Origin: Eledone cirrhosa
Lineage: Eukaryota
DNA: 64,000 nt
Direction: 5' to 3'
Assembly: GCA_964016885.1 (NCBI GenBank)
Contig: OZ024757.1
Span: forward strand, 3,286,001-3,350,000
The notes under the pieces are model-generated. The model was not told the origin of the DNA, made no database searches, and saw nothing but the letters and a program-made list of their open reading frames with translations. The translations under genes and the position numbers were made by a program. This document shows positions 41,300 to 57,199 of the stretch, piece after piece. How positions within the stretch are numbered: the stretch's first letter is position 1; the number at the start of each line of letters is the position of its first letter.

Positions 41300-44200
41300 T
41301 CTCTATAGTATCAGAGCTGTGATCTCTCAATTCAGAGATTCTTTCCTGAGACATTCTAACCACATGTCTATAGTATCAGAGCTGTGATCTCTCAATTCAG
41401 AGATTCTTTCCTGAGACATTCTAACCACATGTCTATAGTATCAGAGCTGTGATCTCTCAATTCAGAGATTCTTTCCTGAGACATTCTAACCACATATCTG
41501 TAGTATCAAAGCTGTGATCACTCAATTCAGAGATTCTTTCCTCAGACATTCTAACCACATGTCTGTAGTATCAGAGCCTTGATCTTTCAATTCAGAATTT
41601 CTCTTCAGAGACATTCTAACCACATGTCTGTCGTATCAGCGCTGTGATATCCGAATTCAGAGATTCTTTCCTAGGACTTTCTAAGCAGATGCCTCTAATA
41701 TAAGAGCTGTGATCTCTCAATCCAGAAATTCTTTCCAGAGACATTCTAACCACATGACTGTGGTATCAGAGCTGTGATCTCTCATTTCAGAGATTCTTTC
41801 CCAAGATATTCTAACCACATATCTATAGTATCAGGGCTGTGATCTCTTAATTCAGAGATTCTTTCCTGAGACATTCTAAACAGATGTCTGTAGTATCTGA
41901 GCTGTGATATCTCAATTCAGAGATTCTTTTCTCAGACATTCTAACCACATTTCTATAGTATTAGAGCTGTGATCTCACAATTCAAAGATTCTTTCCTGAG
42001 TCATTCTAACTACATGTCTGTAGTATCAGAGCTGTAATCTCTCAATTCAGAGATTCTTTCCAGAGACATTCTAACCACATGACCATAGTATCAGAGCTTT
42101 GATCTCTCAACTCAGAGATTCCTTCCAGAGACATTCTAACCACATGTCTATAGTATCAGAGCTGTGATCTCTCCATTCAGAGATTCTTCCCTGAGACATT
42201 CTAACCACATGTCTATAGTATCAGAGCTGTGATCTCTCAATTCAGAGATTCTTTCCTGAGACATTCTAAACAAATGTCTATAGTATCAGAGCTGTGCTCT
42301 CTCAACTCAGAGATTCTTTCCTGTGACATTCTAACCACATGTCTATCGTGTCAGAGCTGTGATCTCTCAATTCAGACATTCTTTCCTGAGACATTCTAAC
42401 CACATATCTGTAGTATCAAAGCTGTGATCACTCAATTCAGAGATTCTTTCCTGAGACATTCGAACCACATGTCTGTAGTATCAGAGCCTTGATCTCTCAA
42501 TTCAGAGTTTCTTTTCAGAGACGTTCTAACCACATGTCTGTAGTATCAGCGCTGTGATATCCCAATTCAGAGATTCTTTCCTCAGACATTCTAACCAGAT
42601 GCCTGTAGTATCAGAGCTGTGATCTCTCAATTCAGAGATTCTTTCCTGAGATATTCTAACCACATGACTGTGGTATCAGATCTGTGATCTCTCATTTCAG
42701 AGATTCTTTCCTGAGACATTATAACCCCATGTCTGTACTACCAGAGCTGTGATCTCTCAATTCAGAGATTCTTTCCTGCGACATTCTAACCACATGTGTG
42801 TAGTATCAGGGCTGTGATCTATCAATTCAGAGATTCTTTCCTGAGACATTCTAACCACATGTCTGTAGTATCAGAGGTGTGATCGCTCAATTCAAAGATT
42901 TTTTCCTGAGACATTCTAACTACATGTCTGTAGTATCAGAGCTGCAATCTCTCAATTCAGAGATTCTTTCCAGAGACATTCTAACCACATATCTGTAGTA
43001 TCAGAGGTGTGATCACTCAATTCAGAGATTCTTTTCTCAGACATTCTAACCACATTTCTATTGTATCAAAGCTGTGATCACTCAATTCAGAGATTCTTTC
43101 CTGAGACATTCTAACCACATGTCTGTAGTATCAGAGCCTTGATCTCTCAATTCAGAGATTCTTTCCAGAGACGTTCTAACCACATGTCTATTGTATCAGA
43201 GCTGTGATCTCTCCAACCAGAGATTATTTCCTGAGACATTCTAACCACATGTCTGTAGTATCAGATCTGTGATATCTCAATTCAGAGATTCTTTCCTGAG
43301 ACATTCTAACCACATGTCTATAGTATCAGAGCTGTGATCTCTCAATTCAGAGATTCTTTCCTGAGACATTCTAACCACATATCTGTAGTATCAGAGGTGT
43401 GATCACTCAATTCAGAGATTCTTTTCTCAGACATTCTAACCACATTTCTATTGAATCAGAGCTGTGATATCTCAACTTAGAGATTCTTTCCTGAGGCATT
43501 CTAACCACATGTCTATAGCATCAGAGCTGTGATCTCTCAATTCAGAGATTCTTTCTTGAGACATTCTAACCACATGTCTGTGGTATCAGAGCTGTGATCT
43601 CTCAATTCAGAGATTCTTTCCTGAGACATTCTAATTACATGTCTGTAGTATCAGAGGTGTGATCACTCAATTCAGAGATTCTTTCCTGAGACATTCTAAC
43701 CACATGTCTATAGTATCAGAGCTGTGATCTCTCAATTCAGAGATTCTTTCCTGAGACATTCTAACCACATGCCTGTAGTATCAGAGGTGTGATCTCTCAA
43801 TTCAGAGATTCTTTCCAGAGACATTCTAACTACATGTCTGTAGTATCAGAGCTGTGATCTCTCAATTCAGAGATTCTTTTCAGAGACATTCTAACAACAT
43901 GTCTGTAGTATCAAAGCTGTGATATCCCAATTCAGAGATTCTTTCCTGAGACATTCCCGCCACCAATCTGTTTGTATCAGCGTTGTGATCTCTCAATTCA
44001 GAGATTCTTTTCTCAGACATTCTAACCACATTTCTATTGTATCAGAGCTGTGATATCTCAATTTAGAGATTCTTTCCTGAGGCATTCTAACCACATGTCT
44101 ATAGCATCAGAGCTGTGATCTCTCAATTCAGAGATTCTTTCTTGAGACATTCTAACCACATGTCTGTGGTATCAGAACTGTGATCTCTCAATTCAGAGAT

Positions 44201-47200
44201 TCCTTTCTCAGACATTCTAACCACATCTCTATAGTATCAGAGCTGTGATCTCTCAATTCAGAGATTCTTTCCTGAGACATTCTAACCACATGTCTATAGT
44301 ATCAGAGCTGTGATCTCTCAATTCAGAGATTCTTTCCTGAGACATTCTAACCACATGTCTATAGTATCAGAGCTGTGATCTCTCAATTCAGAGATTCTTT
44401 CCTGAGACATTCTAACCACATATCTGTAGTATCAAAGCTGTGATCACTCAATTCAGAGATTCTTTCCTCAGACATTCTAACCACATGTCTATAGTATCAG
44501 AGCCTTGATCTTTCAATTCAGAATTTTCTCTTCAGAGACATTCTAACCACATGTCTGTCGTATCAGCGCTGTGATATCCGAATTCAGAGATTCTTTCCTA
44601 GGACTTTCTAAGCAGATGCCTCTAATATAAGAGCTGTGATCTCTCAATCCAGAAATTCTTTCCAGAGACATTCTAACCACATGACTGTGGTATCAGAGCT
44701 GTGATCTCTCATTTCAGAGATTCTTTCCCAAGATATTCTAACCACATATCTATAGTATCAGGGCTGTGATCTCTTAATTCAGAGATTCTTTCCTGAGACA
44801 TTCTAAACAGATGTCTGTAGTATCTGAGCTGTGATCTCTTAATTCAGAGATTCTTTCCTGAGACATTCTACCCACGTATCTGTAGTATCAGCGCAGTGAT
44901 ATCTCAATTCAGAGATTCTTTTCTCAGACATTCTAACCACATTTCTATAGTATTAGAGCTGTGATCTCACAATTCAAAGATTCTTTCCTGAGACATTCTA
45001 ACTACATGTCTGTAGTATCAGAGCTGTAATCTCTCAATTCAGAGATTCTTTCCAGAGACATTCTAACCACATGACCATAGTATCAGAGCTTTGATCTCTC
45101 AACTCAGAGATTCCTTCCAGAGACATTCTAACCACATGTCTATAGTATCAGAGCTGTGATCTCTCCATTCAGAGATTCTTCCCTGAGACATTCTAACCAC
45201 ATGTCTATAGTATCAGAGCTGTGATCTCTCAATTCAGAGATTCTTTCCTGAGACATTCTAAACAAATGTCTATAGTATCAGAGCTGTGCTCTCTCAACTC
45301 AGAGATTCTTTCCTGTGACATTCTAACCACATGTCTATCGTGTCAGAGCTGTGATCTCTCAATTCAGACATTCTTTCCTGAGACATTCTAACCACATATC
45401 TGTAGTATCAAAGCTGTGATCACTCAATTCAGAGATTCTTTCCTGAGACATTCGAACCACATGTCTGTAGTATCAGAGCCTTGATCTCTCAATTCAGAGG
45501 TTCTTTTCAGAGACGTTCTAACCACATGTCTGTAGTATCAGCGCTGTGATATCCCAATTCAGAGATTCTTTCCTCAGACATTCTAACCAGATGCCTGTAG
45601 TATCAGAGCTGTGATCTCTCAATTCAGAGATTCTTTCCTGAGACATTCTAACCACATGACTGTGGTATCAGATCTGTGATCTCTCATTTCAGAGATTCTT
45701 TCCTGAGACATTATAACCCCATGTCTGTACCACCAGAGCTGTGATCTCTCAATTCAGAGATTCTTTCCTGCGACATTCTAACCACATGTGTGTAGTATCA
45801 GGGCTGTGATCTATCAATTCAGAGATTCTTTCCTGAGACATTCTAACCACATGTCTGTAGTATCAGAGGTGTGATCGCCCAATTCAAAGATTTTTTCCTG
45901 AGACATTCTAACTACATGTCTGTAGTATCAGAGCTGCAATCTCTCAATTCAGAGATTCTTTCCAGAGACATTCTAACCACATATCTGTAGTATCAGAGGT
46001 GTGATCACTCAATTCAGAGATTCTTTTCTCAGACATTCTAACCACATTTCTATTGTATCAAAGCTGTGATCACTCAATTCAGAGATTCTTTCCTGAGACA
46101 TTCTAACCACATGTCTGTAGTATCAGAGCCTTGATCTCTCAATTCAGAGATTCTTTCCAGAGACGTTCTAACCACATGTCTATTGTATCAGAGCTGTGAT
46201 CTCTCCAACCAGAGATTATTTCCTGAGACATTCTAACCACATGTCTGTAGTATCAGATCTGTGATATCTCAATTCAGAGATTCTTTCCTGAGACATTCTA
46301 ACCACATGTCTATAGTATCAGAGCTGTGATCTCTCAATTCAGAGATTCTTTCCTGAGACGTTCTAACCACATATCTGTAGTATCAGAGGTGTGATCACTC
46401 AATTCAGAGATTCTTTTCTCAGACATTCTAACCACATTTCTATTGAATCAGAGCTGTGATATCTCAACTTAGAGATTCTTTCCTGAGGCATTCTAACCAC
46501 ATGTCTATAGCATCAGAGCTGTGATCTCTCAATTCAGAGATTCTTTCTTGAGACATTCTAACCACATGTCTGTGGTATCAGAGCTGTGATCTCTCAATTC
46601 AGAGATTCTTTCCTGAGACATTCTAATTACATGTCTGTAGTATCAGAGGTGTGATCACTCAATTCAGAGATTCTTTCCTGAGACATTCTAACCACATGTC
46701 TATAGTATCAGAGCTGTGATCTCTCAATTCAGAGATTCTTTCCTGAGACATTCTAACCACATGCCTGTAGTATCAGAGGTGTGATCTCTCAATTCAGAGA
46801 TTCTTTCCTGAGACATTCTAACTACATGTCTGTAGTATCAGAGCAGTAATCTCTCAATTCAGAGATTCTTTCCAGAGACATTCTAACCACATGAACATAG
46901 TATCAGAGCTGTGATCTCTCAATTCAGAGATTCTTTTCAGAGACATTCTAACAACATGTCTGTAGTATCAAAGCTGTGATATCCCAATTCAGAGATTCTT
47001 TCCTGAGACATTCCCGCCACCAATCTGTTTGTATCAGCGTTGTGATCTCTCAATTCAGAGATTCTTTTCTCAGACATTCTAACCACATTTCTATTGTATC
47101 AGAGCTGTGATATCTCAATTTAGAGATTCTTTCCTGAGGCATTCTAACCACATGTCTATAGCATCAGAGCTGTGATCTCTCAATTCAGAGATTCTTTCTT

Positions 47201-47330
47201 GAGACATTCTAACCACATGTCTGTGGTATCAGAGCTGTGATCTCTCAATTCAGAGATTCCTTTCTCAGACATTCTAACCACATCTCTATAGTATCAGAGC
47301 TGTGATCTCTCAATTCAGAGATTCTTTCCT
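41300..47330. repeat. Tandem duplication of a 46-47-monomer (about 3.0 kb) block
   Basis: cttccctgag at 42186/45178 (2992 bp) and cccgccacc at 43956/47013 (3057 bp). Both copies share ttcgaacc, ccaaccag, ttgaatcag and ctaattacat variants. Confidence 0.82.
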
Positions 47331-50300
47331 GAGACATTCTAACTACATGTCTGTAGTATCAGAGCTGTAATCTCTCAATTCAGAGATTCTTTCCAGAGAC
47401 ATTCTAACCACATGACCATAGTATCAGAGCTTTGATCTCTCAACTCAGAGATTCCTTCCAGAGACATTCTAACCACATGTCTATAGTATCAGAGCTGTGA
47501 TCTCTCCATTCAGAGATTCTTTCCTGAGACATTCTAACCACATGTCTATAGTATCAGAGCTGTGATCTCTCAATTCAGAGATTCTTTCCTGAGACATTCT
47601 AAACAAATGTCTATAGTATCAGAGCTGTGCTCTCTCAACTCAGAGATTCTTTCCTGTGACATTCTAACCACATGTCTATCGTGTCAGAGCTGTGATCTCT
47701 CAATTCAGACATTCTTTCCTGAGACATTCTAACCACATATCTGTAGTATCAAAGCTGTGATCACTCAATTCAGAGATTCTTTCCTGAGACATTCGAACCA
47801 CATGTCTGTAGTATCAGAGCCTTGATCTCTCAATTCAGAGTTTCTTTTCAGAGACGTTCTAACCACATGTCTGTAGTATCAGCGCTGTGATATCCCAATT
47901 CAGAGATTCTTTCCTCAGACATTCTAACCAGATGCCTGTAGTATCAGAGCTGTGATCTCTCAATTCAGAGATTCTTTCCTGAGACATTCTAACCACATGA
48001 CTGTGGTATCAGATCTGTGATCTCTCATTTCAGAGATTCTTTCCTGAGACATTATAACCCCATGTCTGTACTACCAGAGCTGTCATCTGACAATTCAGAG
48101 ATTCTTTCCTGCGACATTCTAACCACATGTGTGTAGTATCAGGGCTGTGATCTATCAATTCAGAGATTCTTTCCTGAGACATTCTAACCACATGTCTGTA
48201 GTATCAGAGCTGTGATCTCTTAATTCAGAGATTCTTTCCTGAGACATTCTAACCACATGTCTATAGTATCAGAGGTGTGATCGCTCAATTCAAAGATTTT
48301 TTCCTGAGACATTCTAACTACATGTCTGTAGTGTCAGAGCTGCAATCTCTCAATTCAGAGATTCTTTCCAGAGACATTCTAACCACATATCTGTAGTATC
48401 AGAGGTGTGATCACTCAATTCAGAGATTCTTTTCTCAGACATTCTAACCACATTTCTATTGTATCAAAGCTGTGATCACTCAATTCAGAGATTCTTTCCT
48501 GAGACATTCTAACCACATGTCTATAGTATCAGTGCTGTGATCTCTCAATTCAGAGATTCTTTCCTGAGACATTCTAACCACATATCTGTAGTATCAGAGG
48601 TGTGATCACTCAATTCAGAGATTCTTTTCTCAGACATTCTAACCACATTTCTATTGTATCAGAGCTGTGATATCTCAACTTAGAGATTCTTTCCTGAGGC
48701 ATTCTAACCACATGTCTATAGCATCAGAGCTGTGATCTCACAATTCAGAGATTCTTTCCTGAGATATTCTAACCACATGTCTATAGTATCAGAGCTGTGA
48801 TCTCTCAATTCAGAGATTCTTTCCTGAGACATTCTAACCACATGCCTGTAGTATTAGAGGTGTGATCTCTCAATTCAGAGATTCTTTCCTGAGACATTCT
48901 AACTACATGTCTGTAGTATCAGAGCTGTAATCTCTCAATTCAGAGATTCTTTCCAGAGACATTCTAACCACATGGCCATAGTATCAGAGCTGTGATCTCT
49001 CAATTCAGAGTTTCCTTCCAGAGACATTCTAACCACATGTCTATAGTATCAGAGCTGTGATCTCTCCATTCAGAGATTCTTTCCTGAGACATTCTAACCA
49101 CATGTCTATAGTATCAGAGCTGTGATCTTTCAATTCAGAGATTCTTTCCTGAGACATTCTAACCACATGTCTATAGTATCAGAGCTGTGATCTCTCAATT
49201 CAGAGATTCTTTCCTGAGACATTCTAACCACATGTCTATAGTATCAGAGCTGTGATCTCTCAATTCAGAGATTCTTTCCTGAGACATTCTAACCACATAT
49301 CTGTAGTATCAAAGCTGTGATCACTCAATTCAGAGATTCTTTCCTCAGACATTCTAACCACATGTCTATAGTATCAGAGCCTTGATCTTTCAATTCAGAG
49401 TTTCTCTTCAGAGACATTCTAACCACATGTCTGTCGTATCAGCGCTGTGATATCCGAATTCAGAGATTCTTTCCTAGGACTTTCTAAGCAGATGCCTGTA
49501 ATATCAGAGCTGTGATCTGTCAATCCAGAAATTCTTTCCAGAGACATTCTAACCACATGACTGTGGTATCAGAGCTGTGATCTCTCATTTCAGAGATTCT
49601 TTCCCAAGATATTCTAACCACATATCTATAGTATCAGCGCTGTGATCTCTTAATTCAGAGATTCTTTCCTGAGACATTCTAAACAGATGTCTGAAGTATC
49701 TGAGCTGTGATCTCTCAATTCAGAGATTCTTTCCTGAGACATTCTACCCACATATCTGTAGTATCAGCGCAGTGATATCTCAATTCAGAGATTCTTTTCT
49801 CAGACATTCTAACCACATTTCTATAGTATTAGAGCTGTGATCTCACAATTCAAAGATTCTTTCCTGAGACATTCTAACTACATGTCTTTAGTTTCAGAGC
49901 TGTAATCTCTCAATTCAGAGATTCCTTCCAGAGACATTCTAACCACATGACCATAGTATCAGAGCTTTGATCTCTCAACTCAGAGATTACTTACAGAGAC
50001 ATTCTAACCACATGTCTATAGTATCAGAGCTGTGATCTCTCCATTCAGAGATTCTTTCCTGAGACATTCTAACCACATGTCTATAGTATCAGAGCTGTGC
50101 TCTCTCAACTCAGAGATTCTTTCCTGTGACATTCTAACCACATGTCTATCGTGTCAGAGCTGTGATCTCTCAATTCAGACATTCTTTCCTGAGACATTCT
50201 AACCACATATCTGTAGTATCAAAGCTGTGATCACTCAATTCAGAGATTCTCTCCTGAGACATTCTAACCACATGTCTGTAGTATCAGAGCCTTGATCTCT

Positions 50301-53300
50301 CAATTCAAAGTTTCTTTTCAGAGACGTTCTAAACACATGTCTGTAGTACCAGCGCTGTGATATCCCAATTCAGAGATTCTTTCCTCAGACATTCTAACCA
50401 GATGCCTGTAGTATCAGAGCTGTGATCTCTCAATTCAGAGATTCTTTCCTGAGACATTCTAACCACATGACTGTGGTATCAGATCTGTGATCTCTCATTT
50501 CAGAGATTCTTTCCTGAGACATTATAACCCCATGTCTGTACTATCAGAGCTGTGATCTCTCAATTCAGAGATTCTTTCCTGCGACATTCTAACCACATGT
50601 GTGTAGTATCAGGGCTGTGATCTATCAATTCAGAGATTCTTTCCTGAGACATTCTAACCACATGTCTGTAGTATCAGAGGTGTGATCGCGCAATTCAAAG
50701 ATTCTTTCCTGAGACATTCTAACTACATGTCTGTAGTATCAGTGCTTTAATCTCTCAATTCAGAGATTCTTTCCAGAGACATTCTAACCACATAACCATA
50801 GTATCAGAGCTGTGATCTCTCAATTCAGAGATTCTTTCCAGAGACATTCTAACCACATGTCTATAGTATCAGAGCTGTGATCTCTCCAATCAGAGATTAT
50901 TTCCTGAGACATTCTAACCACATGTCTGTAGTATCAGATCTGTGATCTCTCAATTCAGAGATTCTTTCCTGAGACATTCTAACCACATGTCTATAGTATC
51001 AGAGCTGTGATCTCTCAATTCAGAGATTCTTTCCTGAGACATTCTAACCACATATCTGTAGTATCAGAGGTGTGATCACTCAATTCAGAGATTCTTTTCT
51101 CAGACATTCTAACCACATGTGTATAGTATCAGAGCTGTGATCTCTCAATTCAGAGATTCTTTTCAGAGACATTCTAACCACATGTCTGTAGTATCAAAGC
51201 TGTGATATCCCAATTCAGAGATTCTTTCCTGAGACATTCCCGCCACCAATCTGTTTGTATCAGCGTTGTGATCTCTCAATTCAGAGATTCTTTTCTCAGA
51301 CATTCTAACCACATTTCTATTGTATCAGAGCTGTGATATCTCAATTTAGAGATTCTTTCCTGAGGCATTCTAACCACATGTCTATAGCATCAGAGCTGTG
51401 ATCTCTCAATTCAGAGATTCTTTCTTGAGACATTCTAACCACATGTCTGTGGTATCAGAGCTGTGATCTCTCAATTCAGAGATTCTTTTCTCAGACATTC
51501 TAACCACATCTCTATAGTATCAGAGCTGTGATCTCTCAATTCAGAGATTCTTTCCTGAGACATTCTAACCACATGCCTGTAGTATCAGAGGTGTGATCTC
51601 TCAATTCAGAGATTCTTTCCTGAGACATTCTAACTACATGTCTGTAGTATCAGAGCTGTGATCTCTCCATTCAGAGATTCTTTCCTGAGACATTCTAACC
51701 ACATGTCTATAGTATCAGAGCTGTGATCTCTCAATTCAGAGATTCTTTCCTGAGACATTCTAACCACATGTCTATAGTATCAGAGCTGTGATCTCTCAAT
51801 TCAGAGATTCTTTCCTGAGACATTCTAACCACATATCTGTAGTATCAAAGCTGTGATCACTCAATTCAGAGATTCTTTCCTCAGACATTCTAACCACATG
51901 TCTATAGTATCAGAGCCTTGATCTTTCAATTCAGAGTTTCTCTTCAGAGACATTCTAACCACATGTCTGTTGTATCAGCGCTGTCATATCCAAATTCAGA
52001 GATTCTTTCCTAGGACTTTCTAAGCAGATGCCTGTAATATCAGAGCTGTGATCTCTCAATCCAGAAATTCTTTCCAGAGACATTCTAACCACATGACTGT
52101 GGTGTCAGAGCTGTGATGTCTCATTTCAGAGATTCTTTCCCAAGATATTCTAACCACATATCTATAGTATCAGGGCTGTGATCTCTTAATTCAGAGATTC
52201 TTTCCTGAGACATTCTAAACAGATGTCTGAAGTATCTGAGCTGTGATCTCTCAATTCAGAGATTCTTTCCTGAGACATTCTACCCACATATCTGTAGTAT
52301 AAGCGCAGTGATATCTCAATTCAGAGATTCTTTTCTCAGACATTCTAACCACGTTTCTATAGTATTAGAGCTGTGATCTCACAATTCAAAGATTCTTTCC
52401 TGAGACATTCTAACTACATGTCTGTAGTATCAGAGCTGTAATCTCTCAATTCAGAGATTCTTTCCAGAGACATTCTAATCACATGACCATAGTATCAGAG
52501 CTTTGATCTCTCAACTCAGAGATTCCTTCCAGAGACATTCTAACCGCATGTCTATAGTATCAGAGCTGTGATCTCTCCATTCAGAGATTCTTTCCTGAGA
52601 CATTCTAACCACATGTCTATAGTATCAGAGCTGTGCTCTCTCAACTCAGAGATTCTTTCCTGTGACATTCTAACCACATGTCTATCGTGTCAGATCTGTG
52701 ATCTCTCAATTCAGACATTCTTTCCTGAGACATTCTAACCACATATCTGTAGTATCAAAGCTGTGATGACTCAATTCAGAGATTCTTTCCTGAGACATTC
52801 TAACCACGTGTCTGTAGTATCAGAGCCTTGATCTCTCAATTCAGAGTTTCTATTCAGAGACGTTCTAACCACATGTCTGTAGTATCAGCGCTGTGATATC
52901 CCAATTCAGAGATTCTTTCCTCAGACATTCTAACCAGATGCCTGTAGTATCAGAGCTGTGATCTCTCAATTCAGAGATTCTTTCCTGAGACATTCTAACC
53001 ACATGACTGTGGTATCAGATCTGTGATCTCTCATTTCAGAGATTCTTTCCTGAGACATTATAACCCCATGTCTGTACTATCAGAGCTGTGATCTCTCAAT
53101 TCAGAGATTCTTTCCTGCGACATTCTAACCACATGTGTGTATTATCAGGGCTGTGATCTATCAATTCAGAGATTCTTCCTTGAGACATTCTAACCACATG
53201 TCTGTAGTATCAGAGGTGTGATCGCTCAATTCAAAGATTCTTTCCTGAGACATTCTAACTACATGTCTGTAGTATCAGAGCTGTAATCTCTCAATTCAGA

Positions 53301-56300
53301 GATTCTTTCCAGAGACATTCTAACCACATGACCATAGTATCAGAGCTGTGATCTCTCAATTCAGAGATTCTTTCCAGAGACTTTCTAACCACATGTCTAT
53401 AGTATCAGAGCTGTGATCTCTCCAATCAGAGATTATTTCCTGAGACATTCTAACCACATGTCTGTAGTATCAGATCTGTGATCTCTCAATTCAGAGATTC
53501 TTTCCTGAGACATTCTAACCACATGTCTATAGTATCAGAGCTGTGATCTCTCAATTCAGAGATTCTTTCCTGAGACATTCTAACCACATATCTATAGTAT
53601 CAGAGGTGTGATCACTCAATTCAGAGATTCTTTTCTCAGACATTCTAACCACATGTCTATAGTATCAGAGCTGTGATCTCTCAATTCAGAGATTCTTTTC
53701 AGAGACATTCTAACAACATGTCTGTAGTATCAAAGCTGTGATATCCCAATTCAGAGATTCTTTCCTGAGACATTCCCGCCACCAATCTGTTTGTATCAGC
53801 GTTGTGATCTCTCAATTCAGAGATTCTTTTCTCAGACATTCTAACCACATTTCTATTGTATCAGAGCTGTGATATCTCAATTTAGAGATTCTTTCCTCAG
53901 GCATTCTAACCACATGTCTATAGCATCAGAGCTGTGATCTCTCAATTCAGAGATTCTTTCTTGAGACATTCTAACCACATGTCTGTGGTATCAGAGCTGT
54001 GATCTCTCAATTCAGAGATTCTTTTCTCAGACATTCTAACCACATCTCTATAGTATCAGAGCTGTGATCTCTCAATTCAGAGATTCTTTCCTGAGACATT
54101 CTAACTACATGTCTGTAGTATCAGAGCTGTGATCTCTCCATTCAGAGATTCTTTCCTGAGACATTCTAACCACATGTCTATAGTATCAGAGCTGTGATCT
54201 CTCAATTCAGAGATTCTTTCCTGAGACATTCTAACCACATGTCTATAGTATCAGAGCTGTGATCTCTCAATTCAGAGATTCTTTCCTGAGACATTCTAAC
54301 CACATATCTGTAGTATCAAAGCTGTGATCACTCAATTCAGAGATTCTTTCCTCAGACATTCTAACCACATGTCTATAGTATCAGAGCCTTGATCTTTCAA
54401 TTCAGAGTTTCTCTTCAGAGACATTCTAACCACATGTCTGTCGTATCAGCGCTGTGATATCCGAATTCAGAGATTCTTTCCTAGGACTTTCTAAGCAGAT
54501 GCCTCTAATATAAGAGCTGTGATCTCTCAATCCAGAAATTCTTTCCAGAGACATTCTAACCACATGACTGTGGTATCAGAGCTGTGATCTCTCATTTCAG
54601 AGATTCTTTCCCAAGATATTCTAACCACATATCTATAGTATCAGGGCTGTGATCTCTTAATTCAGAGATTCTTTCCTGAGACATTCTAAACAGATGTCTG
54701 TAGTATCTGAACTGTGATCTCTCAATTCAGAGATTCTTTCCTGAGACATTCTACCCACATATCTGTAGTATCAGCGCAGTGATATCTCAATTCAGAGATT
54801 CTTTTCTCAGACATTCTAACCACATTTCTATAGTATTAGAGCTGTGATCTCACAATTCAAAGATTCTTTCCTGAGACATTCTAACTACATGTCTGTAGTA
54901 TCAGAGCTGTAATCTCTCAATTCAGAGATTCTTTCCAGAGACATTCTAACCACATGACCATAGTATCAGAGCTTTGATCTCTCAACTCAGAGATTCCTTC
55001 CAGAGACATTCTAACCACATGTCTATAGTATCAGAGCTGTGATCTCTCCATTCAGAGATTCTTCCCTGAGACATTCTAACCACATGTCTATAGTATCAGA
55101 GCTGTGATCTCTCAATTCAGAGATTCTTTCCTGAGACATTCTAAACAAATGTCTATAGTATCAGAGCTGTGCTCTCTCAACTCAGAGATTCTTTCCTGTG
55201 ACATTCTAACCACATGTCTATCGTGTCAGAGCTGTGATCTCTCAATTCAGACATTCTTTCCTGAGACATTCTAACCATATATCTGTAGTATCAAAGCTGT
55301 GATCACTCAATTCAGAGATTCTTTCCTGAGACATTCTAACCACATGTCTGTAGTATCAGAGCCTTGATCTCTCAATTCAGAGTTTCTTTTCAGAGACGTT
55401 CTAACCACATGTCTGTAGTATCAGCGCTGTGATATCCCAATTCAGAGATTCTTTCCTCAGACATTCTAACCACATGACTGTGGTATCAGATCTGTGATCT
55501 CTCATTTCAGAGATTCTTTCCTGAGACATTATAACCCCATGTCTGTACTACCAGAGCTGTGATCTCTCAATTCAGAGATTCTTTCCTGCGACATTCTAAC
55601 CACATGTGTGTAGTATCAGGGCTGTGATCTATCAATTCAGAGATTCTTTCCTGAGACATTCTAACCACATGTCTGTAGTATCAGAGGTGTGATCGCTCAA
55701 TTCAAAGATTTTTTCCTGAGACATTCTAACTACATGTCTGTAGTATCAGAGCTGCAATCTCTCAATTCAGAGATTCTTTCCAGAGACATTCTAACCACAT
55801 ATCTGTAGTATCAGAGGTGTGATCACTCAATTCAGAGATTCTTTTCTCAGACATTCTAACCACATTTCTATTGTATCAAAGCTGTGATCACTCAATTCAG
55901 AGATTCTTTCCTGAGACATTCTAACCACATGTCTGTAGTATCAGAGCCTTGATCTCTCAATTCAGAGATTCTTTCCAGAGACGTTCTAACCACATGTCTA
56001 TTGTATCAGAGCTGTGATCTCTCCAACCAGAGATTATTTCCGGAGACATTCTAACCACATGTCTGTAGTATCAGATCTGTGATCTCTCAATTCAGAGATT
56101 CTTTCCTGAGACATTCTAACCACATGTCTATAGTATCAGAGCTGTGATCTCTCAATTCAGAGATTCTTTCCTGAGACATTCTAACCACATATCTGTAGTA
56201 TCAGAGGTGTGATCACTCAATTCAGAGATTCTTTTCTCAGACATTCTAACCACATTTCTATTGAATCAGAGCTGTGATATCTCAACTTAGAGATTCTTTC

Positions 56301-57199
56301 CTGAGGCATTCTAACCACATGTCTATAGCATCAGAGCTGTGATCTCTCAATTCAGAGATTCTTTCTTGAGACATTCTAACCACATGTCTGTGGTATCAGA
56401 GCTGTGATCTCTCAATTCAGAGATTCTTTCCTGAGACATTCTAATTACATGTCTGTAGTATCAGAGGTGTGATCACTCAATTCAGAGATTCTTTCCTGAG
56501 ACATTCTAACCACATGTCTATAGTATCAGAGCTGTGATCTCTCAATTCAGAGATTCTTTCCTGAGACATTCTAACCACATGCCTGTAGTATCAGAGGTGT
56601 GATCTCTCAATTCAGAGATTCTTTCCTGAGACATTCTAACTACATGACTGTAGTATCAGAGCTGTAATCTCTCAATTCAGAGATTCTTTCCAGAGACATT
56701 CTAACCACATGAACATAGTATCAGAGCTGTGATCTCTCAATTCAGAGATTCTTTTCAGAGACATTCTAACAACATGTCTGTAGTATCAAAGCTGTGATAT
56801 CCCAATTCAGAGATTCTTTCCTGAGACATTCCCGCCACCAATCTGTTTGTATCAGCGTTGTGATCTCTCAATTCAGAGATTCTTTTCTCAGACATTCTAA
56901 CCACATTTCTATTGTATCAGAGCTGTGATATCTCAATTTAGAGATTCTTTCCTGAGGCATTCTAAACACATGTCTATAGCATCAGAGCTGTGATCTCTCA
57001 ATTCAGAGATTCTTTCTTGAGACATTCTAACCACATGTCTGTGGTATCAGAGCTGTGATCTCTCAATTCAGAGATTCCTTTCTCAGACATTCTAACCACA
57101 TCTCTATAGTATCAGAGCTGTGATCTCTCAATTCAGAGATTCTTTCCTGAGACATTCTAACTACATGTCTGTAGTATCAGAGCTGTGATCTCTCCATTC